Both the position numbers and the translations under genes were made by a program. Below, piece after piece: positions 46,201 through 57,557 of a stretch of 64,000 nt of DNA. Numbering within the stretch: position 1 is the stretch's first letter; each line of letters starts with the position of its first letter. Location of the stretch: assembly GCA_958009085.1 (NCBI GenBank), contig OY253687.1:62001-126000 (forward strand), read 5' to 3'. The notes beneath the pieces were generated by a model that was given only the letters and a program-made list of their open reading frames with translations, made no database searches and had not been told where the DNA came from. The stretch is from Protoeuglena noctilucae (lineage: Eukaryota).

Positions 46201-48466
46201 CATGGTCCGATCGCATGCTTCGGCAGATGGCGCGCATGGACCTCGCCGAGCCGCAGACGGGGCGACCGGCAGGTGCTTGGGACGCTCCCTGGGTCTGTCA
46301 GGCCTGGTTCGGTTGGTGCTGTGGCCTGCCTCATTCCTCAGACAATGCTGGTGGCCAGCCGTGGAGAACGCGCGTGAACCGCATGAGTGGGAATGTGACT
46401 TGGTTCGTCGCCTGCCCTGTGCTTACGCAGGGGAGGCCGCACCAGACGTCCTTGAGGTGTACCGCGCTTGCTTGGAGGTCGCGGATGTCTTGGAGGCGCA
46501 GTGCACGGCCAAGGCCGCGGAGCTGGTGAGCGTGTGGACCGCACCTCCCTCCAGCACCCTCGTTGTCCTCCCCACTCGCATCACCAGAACGAGAATTCGG
46601 CAAGCTCCTGCTGCAGGGCATGGCAGTCGATGTTTTCCGCGACCACTTCGACGAGTTCTTTGCGTCGTGGTTCCGGAGGCGACACGGAGACCTGAGCCGC
46701 TTCAAGGCACTGTTGAGGCAGGCAAGGGGCGGCACAAATGATTTCCATGTCATGCCATGGACACTTGATGATGTAATTGTCTTGGAAGCGCCCGCGCTCC
46801 TCATGAGCTGTCAAACCGGCAGGTCCGGTGCGGTGGCCTGCCACGTGTGCCGACAGCCCCGTTGCCATACACCTGTGCGCGCAGCTAGACTCGGCCAAGC
46901 TTCCGGACTCGTCGAAACTTCCCCGCGTGTCGAGCCCAGAGCACGCCACGCCGCCTTCGGCATCCACGGCGGTTGCTGCCGGCAGTGCTGCCTCTCCCTC
47001 GCCTCCCCTGGTGCTGTCCACTCCCTCAGGCTCAGTGCCCATGGATGTGGGTGTCGCTCGAGAGGCGAGGGCGCGGGCGGAGGCGGGGGCGGGCGGGGAG
47101 GCGGGTGCTAGGGAGGATCGCGCGCAGGGGCTGCGGGAGGTGCGGCCGAGGGTCGACGGGGGTGGCGCGTGGGCAGCGAGCGCGACTGCCAGCGGCGGCG
47201 TGGAAGTGGGAGGGGCTGCTGGGATGAAGGCTCCGGAGGGGTTGAGGGGGGTGGTGGGCCCGGCCATGGCGACGGCAGGAGGTGGGGGCGGGTCATTGTT
47301 TTCGGGGCGTGATCGGGGGAGGAGAGATGCGGACAGCGGGGCGGAGGAAGAGGGGCTCGCAGGGGAGGGTGGGAAGAGCGAGAGCGTGGGGCCAGGGGTG
47401 GGCTTGCCCCTGGGAGCAGGGGTCATACCCACGCCGGGGTGGGGCGGGCGAGGGGGCGCCGAGCCGGGTGCTTTGGGGCCAGTGGCTGGGACTGGGCTGA
47501 AGCACGAAGAGGGGTTGTCGGTGCCGGGGCCTGCGGGGGCGGAGGGCGCGGCGAGGGAGGCCAGCGCGGAGGCGGTGCGGGCGGTGCGGCAGCTGCGGCT
47601 GCGGGTGTCGGAGCTGCGGGGTCTGGTGCGCTACCTGCTGGTGCCCGCGAGGGGGGAGTCGGCGGCAGCGGCGGGGGACGCGAGCGCGGCGCGGGGGCTG
47701 GTGAAGGCGTGCAAGAAGGACGCACTGGAGGCGTGCCTGGTGAGCTAGGATGGGTGGTGGGTTGCGAGGATTGCGCATCCGTCCCAGGCGCGCCGCGAGA
47801 CACATATGCTGTGTAAGTAACTCCAGACCGTGATTGTGTCCCCTGCAGGCTCAGATTCTGGTGGAGGTGGCGGCCCACCACGGCGCAGCGATCGAGGCCA
47901 CGGCGGGGGACGCGGCGGGGGTGGGGCCCCGTGGTGGGGAGGCAGGGCCGACGGTCGTTGCGGAGCTGGCGCGACAGCTGCAGCTGAGCAAGGCGCACGG
48001 GTGAGGCGAGGGGTGGCGTTGCGTGTTGCAGCTGGAGGGTGGCGAGGTCAGTGGGTTCCAAGTACCATGACCCAGTGATGCTTCTCGTGACCGTTCGCAG
48101 CAGCGACACGAGCGGGGGCATCCTCCCCACGCACATCGTGGCGCGCGTGGTGCTGGCCCGGTCTGCCCGGCTCTCAAGCCAGGCGGTGCAGGTGAGGGCA
48201 ATGGAGGTGTCGGTGCATCGCCCCTTCTCGTCATGGTCCTTGGTGACCCTGTAGGTCTCAAAGCACTTACGTAGCGGCTCCCGTGGTTGTTACCGCAGTC
48301 TCTCGTGCAGGAGTTGGAGTCCCTGGACCCTGGGGGTGAGGACGCCGAGGACCGTGGGGCGATTGGGGCATCGACAGCGGCGGAGCTGTGCCGGTGGTTC
48401 ACGGCGTGCAAGGAGGGGGGGCAGCCGGGGATGGGGCGCATGTGGACGGCGCGGGCGGGGAGGTGA
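43271..48466 (+). CDS. Large uncharacterised multi-exon protein (low-complexity N-part, helical segments), interrupted by the assembly gap; may be two genes
   Basis: Consistent plus-strand splice sites and coding-like exons, e.g. EVYRACLEVADVLEAQC, FRDHFDEFFASWFRRRHG and LRLRVSELRGLVRYLL. No family recognised. Confidence 0.45.
45131..45330. other. Assembly gap (200 N)
   Basis: Run of N. Confidence 1.
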
Positions 48467-48799
48467 GGGTGATGAGCGACGCCGGCATGCACGATCTGAG
48501 AGTGCATCTGAGAGCGTCGGTTGAAGGGCACGTGCTGCACCCACCGCACGCAGGGGAGGCGCCGCGGCGGGCCTGACGCTGCGGTTTGAGCGACTGCTCG
48601 ACCGCCTGGGCATCGCCTGGCCCATGTGCAGCACGAGCGGGGAGGGGCGGGTGTGCCAGGCACTGCGCGGGGAATGAATGGCAGGGGACGAGACAAGGCG
48701 TGGGTCCCCGCCATTCGTTATCCATGCCGCTTCTTACAGCTCCCTCACTGTTTGGCTGTGCTGTGTGTTTCGACTGCATCTGTTTCAGAATGTCTAGCC

Positions 48800-49614
48800 G
48801 CGCCTTGGTACAGTGTGGCATGCGGCTGCTAGTCCTGCCCCTCCTCCTCCTCCTGCGAGGCATCCAATGAAACTGAAGCGAAACGTCGCCTATCCACTTT
48901 TGCTAGTAGCTTTGATTGCAGTTCAGCAGCATGTCACTTCGAGGCAAGGCAGCTTCCCACCTCTGCCAGGGGCGTCGCATCCACCGCTGCCCAGTACTGC
49001 TTGGTCTCCAGAGGCGTCTTAACCTGCCCATTCGGGCTCTTGCTTGCCGATGGCGCGTCTCGGGGCCCGCGTCGGGTGTGGGCGTCGGTCCCCGCATTGC
49101 GCGCAGTGGGAGCCCGCTTCTGCTGCGGCGTCCGCGGTGGTGTCGTTGGAGTTGCTTTCTCTGTGCTTTTGCGAGTCTGCGGGCCTGCAGCGAGGGAAAT
49201 GCTGGTGCAGGGACTGGAGCCTAACCCTACCAAAAAGGGATGCAACTGGGGCGGGCACTACGGGCACAACAGGCGCGCGCGGCGGACTAACCCTGCGGTT
49301 CCCCAGGCAGAGCCGTACGACGATTTGTCGAGATGGAAATGTTCATCGGAGCTTTCCGCTTGGACGACTCGGCTGACCGCAGAACGCGCTCAGCGTGCGA
49401 TGGCGACGTTTGCGGGGTGCGCACCACCGGTGAGCTCTTTCTCGCCTTCCTGTAGTTGCAAGAGTCGTTTAGCTACACGCGACGTGCTGACAATCCGCTG
49501 CAGTATCACAGGCTCGCAGGTTTCTCACTTTTTCCCCGCAGCTCCCCCTCCCTCTGCACGCTCATCATTTCGATCCGCGAGCGATTCCTTCGCTTTGCTC
49601 TTACGCTTGCCCAT
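48800..49614 (-). CDS. Possible small basic low-complexity protein (MGKRKSKAKE...); exon structure and 3' end uncertain
   Basis: ATG at 49614 with a Lys-rich start, donor aa|gtgaga and an in-phase acceptor tacag. Downstream frames are ambiguous. Confidence 0.25.
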
Positions 49615-49820
49615 CGTCGGCTATGCGCTAGGGCTGCGGTGGCTTCCAGACCCTGTGCTGGAGCGACGGAGCAAGCTCTGGGATGTCTGAGGGTTTCAAA
49701 ATGCCAGCAGCCTGGCTTACGTTGCGATCCTAGCGCGTGGTATCTCCTATTCTAGCGCCGCAGCGCGCAACAAACACTCCTGGACGCCTGGGCAGTATGT
49801 CAGTGCGAGCGCGTCAGTCA

Positions 49821-52099
49821 TCACCGCGTGCTCCCCAGGCGCCTCTCGCGCTCCTCGCGCGTCTCAAGGAAGGGCGCCATCTTGCCCACCGAGACCGTCG
49901 GCGCGTTGATGTGCTGGCGCATGGCGTCGGCGCGCTCCCTGCGCCACTGCAAGTCGATGGGACGGTTGATGAACTGCTGGCGGTGGACGGAGATGCCCGG
50001 GTCGTGGAACTGCGCGGCCCCAGCCCCGAGAGGGATGGAGCTCTTGCGCAGCTCGGCGCGCATGTCGACCGTCATCTGCCGGGACTGCGCCACCCGGTCC
50101 GCGTCGGCCATGAGGGTCGGCTTGAAGCACGTCTCGTAAGTCGTCTCGGGCGCAGCCTTGTCCGCCTTGGTGGGCCTGTCCTCCGACCGCTGCACAAAGT
50201 ACGCGGGGACCACGAACGCCCGCCCGTCCCTGTCCCGCAGCTGCGGGAAGGCCAGCGTGTTGAGGGGGCCGAACGCCGCCGTCGGCTGCTTCCACGGGTT
50301 GACTGCGAGAAGAGGGGAGGGAGGGGTCAGAGGCCACAGGCGACTCCTGCAGAGCCTCGATGCGCGAAAAGGGCAGGCGCCCAACCCACCCGTCTGCACC
50401 GGCTGCACCGGGTGCTGGTAGTGGCCGACGGAGTGCTGGGGGAAGTGCTGGGCGTACGCGCTGTCCCGGGGCACCGTGTCGCTCCCCGGCCACTCCAGGG
50501 AGATGCTGCTCTGGAAGGGCTGGACCAGCGGCCCGCTGCTCATTGCGCTCTTCTTGGGCACCCGCCGGCCCGTCTTGGGCTCCTCTGCTGGCGGGGCGGC
50601 CCTCCTGCATGTACAAAAGGGGCAGACAGGGCTCGGCCTCTGTCGCATGCGAGCGCCGAGGTGAAGGCTGGCTCAAGCTCATCGACGCTCGCCCAACCCC
50701 ACTCACGGCGGGGCACGGCGCACGCCCTTGATCACGACCTCGGGAGGCCGGCCGTACGTCTTGTACAGCGTCTCGCGCTTCTCGAGCTTAACGGCCTCCG
50801 GGTCTGCGTACTGGCACGGCCAGCGGTAGTCGGCGTGGGAGAGGGACGAGAAGGGGGCGCGGTCGGGCTGCACTGAGTTGTGGACGTTGCGCCACAGCTC
50901 GAGGAACTCCTCCCACTGCTCCTCGGGCAACGACTTCATGTACTCGCGTGCCTTCTGCGGTGCAGGGCTCGAGGCTGGCGTCACGCCCCACAGCCACAGC
51001 GGGCCACGCTCGCTGCCACCGTCGTCACGCCCGCCTCACCTCCGCGGCCTCGGGGGTGAGGAGATCACCAAAGTACTTGCGGGAGTCGGCCATCCAGCGC
51101 ATGAAGGTGGCACGGGCGCCCTTGGCGTGCGGGTTCTCCTTGATCTTGGCGGCAGGGCACACCTCGTCGTTGAACTTCTGGTTCGTCGTCTTGAGGCACG
51201 TCTCCCTCCAAAGGCTCAGGTCGCCCTCCTTCAGCGCGTCCCCCCACAGGGACTTGAAGGTCAGGTTGGCGGACGGCTGGGCCTTGGTGGCCCGCAGCAT
51301 GTCGTGGTAAATGTCCGCCGACCCCTTCATCTGGCTCAAACCGTACGCCATATCATTGGTGGTCATGTACCCCATGCTGGGGTCGACCTCACGCTGCGGG
51401 GGAGAGTCGTGGACGGGAGCGTGGTTATGCTCGGGGGCTAGCCACGCTCAACGCGGAGAGCACGAGGGGCGACCTAGCTGCGCGTGTCATTTGCCTGCTT
51501 CGGCTCTGCCAGGGAGCTGCCATCTGCGCCCCCATCGTACGCTGCAGGGGGCCCCTCGGACCCTGGCCGCGTAAGCCGTGCCCCTTTGGTGTTCTGCAAA
51601 CACGGGAGGAGATGCTTCGACGATGCTTGCCTATGAACATCATTTTGCCATGAAATGGCAGCCGAGGGCGACCGCAGCTGCACCTCTAAAGGGCCCCCGA
51701 TCCCCTTGGACCCCGGCCTGAGTCCAGCGGAGTTGACACGGATCGTGGCCACCTCCGCCAGGGCACTTGCACCCCAGTTACCCGCTTGATTGGTCCTGGG
51801 GAACAGACAGTAGAGCGCGTGAGTGCCTGGCCGTCATCGAGCGAGCCGCAGCACATGCCCCCCGACACTTGCCTGCTGCGCGCGAGCGACGCGCGGGGAA
51901 CCGCGACGGGCTGCGATGTGGTGACAGCGAGATCCTTCAGTGCCGCCGGGGCCACGGTTGTTTGCAGGGCGTCAGCGCCCTGGCGGTCGATCCATGACTG
52001 CGTGTCTATCGCAAACCGCTTGTTGCGAAAGGACCGCGGGTTGGCATATCCCAGCGCACTCCCGTGTTGCTCATCGGAAAGAGTGTCCGCCTGGACCAT
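49821..52099 (-). CDS. Uncharacterised multi-exon protein, possibly flagellar; start uncertain
   Basis: Strong coding-like codon usage and GT-AG exons (MGYMTTNDMAYG, FSSLSHADYRWP, ETTYETCFKP, ISVHRQQF). Confidence 0.65.
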
Positions 52100-52743
52100 G
52101 ACGCCTCCGCGGTGGAGGGACGCGTCGCCGCGCGGGCCTGCGCATGTCAGCAGGGCATGCGTCTGGTGGGGCACGCGCCTTGAGGCGTCCAGCGCTCCGA
52201 AGTGCGGTCAGGACAACGTTATTCCCCTAAATGTGACGAATCGCGGCACAACTTTGCTGTCCTCACCTCAGCCGTCGAGGCAGGGCGACGTTGCGTTGCC
52301 GCGCCCCCTCCGTCGGCCCAACCCCGTCGCCCCGAGTTGTGCCAGGCCTCAGCTCCGTCCCAATCGTCTACTGACTATACGTCTTCACGGAGCAACGCCC
52401 ACAGGATGCAAAGGGGGGAAACACTCGTTGGCCGCTGCAGTCCTCACTCCCAGACGGGGCGTGTCACAGCGCCAGATGCTCAACAGGACCACCCGACTCT
52501 CGGGCGCGAGAGCTCGGAGCTCGGACAAGGTGGGCCACCTCGTGCTGCTGGAAAGGTTGTGCCGGTGACCTACCTCCCGCGCCATGGGCCAGCACATATT
52601 CGTTTGCCTCTCTGGGTGCCACATCCATGACGTGAGAAGGGCCCGGCATTAGACTCGCTCTAAGCCGGGACAGAGAAGCGCTCCCACATTTGCAAGTGCG
52701 CCCCTCGCTAGCCGCGGCTACTCGCATCCTGTCTCCGTCAATC

Positions 52744-54915
52744 ATGAAAGAGAAGAAGCTGGCAAGCTCCGCTGCTAAGCCTGTCGTGAAGAAGAGGAGC
52801 TCGGCGAAGGCCACAGGCAGCCCCAACCGGAAAAAGCCACCCGTGGGGGCCCCATCCGTCGCGACAGCTGCGTCCGCCGCCCCCGTCGACGATCCATATG
52901 ATGTCGGGGAACTCGAAAAAGAGGGGAGCGCGTTCACTCGCGCCACGGACGAAGAGCTGGAGGAGCGTGCACGCTGCGCGCTCCGCGAGGCTGACCGCGG
53001 CGCCCGGGATCGCGTCCTGGATATCGAGTTGGTCGCGGAGTCGTGCCTCCCGAGACGCATCGTGGAATCGCGCGCAAGGCGAGCGCTGAGCTTTAAATCT
53101 CTGAGTTATGTTGTCGTCAACACCGTGCAACCGCGCAAGCGTCATTCCTCCCTCCGCGCAGGGCCATCCGCTCCCGCATCGCTCCATCGACCTCGCAAGC
53201 TGACGACGCGTCAACCCCCGCGCCATTCGAGGCCCTCACAGCGGCAGACATGGGCGTGTTGGGCTGCCTCCGCAAGCTGCGGCTGGACCGCCACCACATC
53301 GCGGCCATCGACGGGGCGTCCCTCGCGCCGCTCACTGCTGTGCAGGTCCTCCACCTGCAGCACAACCGGCTGCGGGACGTGGAGCCCCTTTCCCATCTCA
53401 GGTGCAGTAGGGCAGGGGGAAGGACACACAGATGAAGGCATTGGCAGTGAGGCCGGAGGGGCGTTTTTGGAGGACCAGCGACGCCCCACCCGTTCTTGGT
53501 CACGTCGCAGGTCGCTCGAGTTCCTGGCCGTGCAGGACAATGCATTGACCGAGCTGCAGGGCCTGTCGGTCTTGGAGGAGCTGGCATACATTGACGCCAG
53601 CCGCAACGACATTCGGACCCTCGACCCTGCCCAGGTGCCTATTCATGCATGGGATTTGTAGAAGCCAGTTGGCCCCATGCCAAAGCGGGCCACTCTTTCG
53701 CCTCAGCCCATGAGCCAAACCTGTGGTCTGCTGCACGCAGTTGCCACCCAACCTCCGCTACCTGCGCCTGGCCGGCAACCCCGTGGTGGAATCGGACGCG
53801 TGGCCCGACACCCGCCGGCTCCTGCTGGCCCACGCCACGGCGCTGCACGAGCTGGACGGGGTGCGCGTGCACGCACGCGACATCCGGGAGGCGCGGGAGG
53901 CGCTGGGGATGCCCGTGGGGGAGGGGCTGTCGGACACGGAGTCGGAAGATAGCGAAGAAGACGACGGGGAGAGCGGCGGTGAGTGCCGTTGCGACGGCGG
54001 GTCCTGCGCTCGCAGCGCTGTGTGAGTGCAGGGCAGGCGCTGGAAGCCTGACCCAACCGGAGACGCGCTGCGATTTCCACGCAGGCTGGGACGAGGCCGA
54101 CGCGCATCTGCGGCGAGACGTGGCGGGGACGGTTTCGAGTGCCCTGGGGGACGAGGGGCCGGCGGGGTCAGTGACAGAGGCAGAGGCCCGCGTGAGGGAG
54201 GGCTACGTGCGGCTGCGGGAGGGCTTGGAGCAGCTGGAGGGGTCGGTGACAGACACTCGAGAGCTGCGAGAGGCGTTGGCGGAGCTCGAGGTGCGGCAAC
54301 GAGGCCCTGGACAGTGCTGTAACGGGGTGTGTTGCGGGCATATCCATCCCGTCACGTCGCTTTGTCTGGCACATCTGCAGGAGGACATGGCCCGGTCCCT
54401 GGGGAGCCTCGCGGAGCTGGGGGTGCCGGCGGATGCCATGTTGGCGGACATGGCGGCACACAGCGCGGAGAGTCGCCGGGAGCTTCGGGATATGCTGCAG
54501 GAGTCGGCAGGGGCCGTGCAAGGCGAGAAAATGCCTGAGTGCTTAGGTCACGCTTCCGTTTCTAGGAAATAAACCAACTTGCATGGATAGCCATCACTAG
54601 CCGCACCCATGTCCTCGGCTTGCAGCTCTGATTCAGGAGGCGCGGGAGTCGCACGTCGCAGTGCGTAACCATCTCAAGGCCACTGCACACCTGCGGGGCG
54701 AGCGGGGACCTCACTTGGTCGCAAGCACCGCAGGGCCGCAGGAAACAGCCACGCAGGGGCCGCGACCCCCCGCTGTGGCAGGGAGTGCGAGTGCGGAGGT
54801 AGCTTCGTGGCAGGGGGACGGGTTGGCGACGGGGGCACCTCCCACACCCGGGCGGGATCACTCTTCTGCTGGGGTGCTGCCGAAGGAGGGGCTGACGTTC
54901 TTGGAATGGGAATAG
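52744..54915 (+). CDS. SDS22-type leucine-rich repeat protein with LRR cap and coiled-coil tail (LRRC46-like)
   Basis: LRKLRLDRHHIAAIDG, VQVLHLQHNRLRDVEPL, LEFLAVQDNALTELQGL, LAYIDASRNDI and LRYLRLAGNPV..R..LLAHATALHELDG. Confidence 0.8.
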
Positions 54916-54991
54916 CAGGTGCTTGTCGCCACAGCTGGTGATTCCTCATTAAGTGACGGTGTTCAAAGACATGACATGGAATGGCCACGGT

Positions 54992-55964
54992 CTACAAATC
55001 GGCGAATGCCGGGTGCGAGTAGACGGCGCCGAGCGTCACGGGCGGGAGCTCGCGGAAAGACGCTGAGACTTCCTGCCGCAGCTGCTCGGGGATCTCGATG
55101 CCCTGGTCCAGGAAGGCCAGGGTCTCGAAGATCTCAACGAACTGCTCCGCGTCCAGGTACCCGTCCTCCTCCGCAAACACCGCGAAGATGCCGGCGAGGG
55201 CGTCTTTGAGGTTGGCCCCGGCCATGGTGAGCAGGAGGACGATGACCTCCCGCGGCATGAGCGCGTCCTGCATCGCGTAGCGCTCCAGCGAGAAGATCTT
55301 CGTCATCGTCTCCTTGGACACGCCGCACTGGACAGCCACCTCCTGCGGCGCGGCAGCGGAGGCACGGCCTGTCGACCGGGCGTGGCGAATGCGCCGCCCG
55401 GCCGGGCTTCGCCGCGAGCCTCGCGCCGGTGGCGAGGCGCAACGCAGTGCTCACCATGATACGGTCCTTGCTGACAGGGTCGCGCTTCAGGAGGACGCTC
55501 ATGGCGCGCAGGGACTGCTGGCTGGGTGCCTCGAAGTGCTTCAGGGCCTTGGTGGCGGCCGCCAGGTTGCTGAAGTAGATCGCGGAGAACTCCTGCATAT
55601 CAGGAAGCATCGGCGATGTCGAAAGGCGGCCTAAGACCCCTTGGCGGTCCAAAGAGGGGGTCGCTGAACCGGGGGCATGTGGGCCGCTTTCTCACAATCA
55701 CGTCCGCAGGCTGGCGCCGGATGACCTCCTTCGCATACGCCTTGAGAATGTCCGCCATCTCCGGGGGTATAGCGATCTGCGGGGTCGATGAGCGCCGCGG
55801 TTGGCCAGTCGATGCATGGCTAGTGTTGGGACGTCACGCGCACAGGAGGGCCCCTCCAGGAGGTCTTTCCCGCATGAGCGGACAGGGGAGGGGCATGACC
55901 GCTTGTGCAATGGGACCCTCACCTGCTCCGCGCAGTAGATGGGCTCGACATCCGTCAGCCCCAT
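54992..55964 (-). CDS. RSP11: Radial spoke protein 11 / ROPN1L (RIIa domain)
   Basis: DVEPIYCAEQ|IAIPPEMADILKAYAKEVIRRQPADVI|EFSAIYFSNLA. Confidence 0.9.
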
Positions 55965-56384
55965 GGTGGCCCCTTCCGCGGGGTCCGAGCACGGAAACCC
56001 GCCCCCTCGTGACCAGAGGACAGAAACTGTACGCTATGGACCAGCAGGCTCCACAGAGACGTGCCTATGTGCCTTACTGCTGGCGTACACACAAGCACGA
56101 TGCGAGGAGAGCGTTTCTATGTTGACGGCATACGACTGTGGGCCGGAGACAGCTTGGCAGGCCATTGATGGCCGACGGCGACGCACGTGGGGCTCTGGCA
56201 CGCCGGCGCGCTCACGCTGGCAAGTCCCTCTGCCAGGACTGCGGGGTGCCTGCCATGGCCCGTGCACTGCATGATGCAGCCGATTCAGCAGACACGCAGG
56301 GCGCCTCCGATGAGAACATCAAGGTGCATGTTTGCAGCTGCGACCTTGATGTATCCTTCAAAGTGCCATGTAGCGTCGTTCCTC

Positions 56385-57243
56385 CTATGCATCCTCCTCC
56401 GCAAACTCATCCTCGAGGTTGATTGTCTTCCCAAACTTGGCATACAGCAAGCTCTTGAGCGACGACATCTCCTCCTTCACCTTGTCCAGCGACGCATGGG
56501 CCTCCGTCAGGTCCCCCTCCACCTGCGAAAACAACTGGGGGCCCCAGTTGCGCCGACCTTCGATATAAGAGGCGCCCCTGTCACTTCAGAGGATGGCCAG
56601 AAACCCCGCAGCGGCTTGGACGCACCTTGGCCTTCATGGCCTCCACGCGTGACTCCGCATCGTCCTTGAGGAGGTGCGCAAAGCACTCCCCGACGGAGTA
56701 GCGCACGTCGTCGTCGTCCGCCAGCATGATCTCGTCTGGCGGGAGGACGAGTGTGCAATTGTCGGCACGCTGGGCAGTGCTACCGCAATTGGCGCCGACC
56801 CATGTGGCCGCCACGGGCCGCACTCGTTCCCGCAAGTAGCGCAGTGCCATGACAGGTACGCACCCGCAGCCTCCTCGACTTCCTCCAGAACTTTCTTGAG
56901 ATGCCGCAGCTCGGCGTTGATCTCATGCCGCCGCATGTTGAGACGGCTGAACTTGTTGATGCGCTCCTGGTCCTCCAGGGCGACATCTACCTTCTGTGAT
57001 GGGCAAAGAAAGCGGTCAGGATGTCAGGACACCCGATCGCGTGCTCCAGAGAGCCCAGGGCCCTCAAAAGCCGCGACCGGAAAAAGAACCGCGAGAGCAA
57101 ATGGATAGCTTCAGCCAGTGGCGCAAAGGTCAACACGCCTTCCTCGCAACAGGCCATGCACCGTGGACTATCGGGCTAGCTGGGGCAACCGCTTGGCGCG
57201 GCACGAGACCATCATCAACTCCAGTGGCACTCACCGCAGCCAT
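56385..57243 (-). CDS. PFDN4: Prefoldin subunit 4
   Basis: MAA|KVDVALEDQERINKFSRLN, VRYSVGECFAH and LKSLLYAKFGKTINLE. Confidence 0.93.
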
Positions 57244-57557
57244 GGCACGCCCTGTCCCGCCCGCGCCCCCAAAGACCCTGGTGGTTCCGTTCACTCCGCT
57301 CAGGAGCGGAAGGGAGGGAGATTTGCTGCGGAAATTGGTGCCCTGTCCTCGGGAGTGTTTTGCAAATGCGTTGTACCAGGCTCCTAACTCACGGGTCGGA
57401 TGAACTGGCCCTGGGGACATGTGCGGAGAACTGCAGAGGGTCGTGATTGCAGGCAGGGCAACTGACCATCCTGCATCAGACCTCTCGCACCTGTGAACGA
57501 TCGCGCGAGCGTGGTGGGCTGCGGAAATCCTTAGACCCGCTGTGTTCGTCATGTGCC

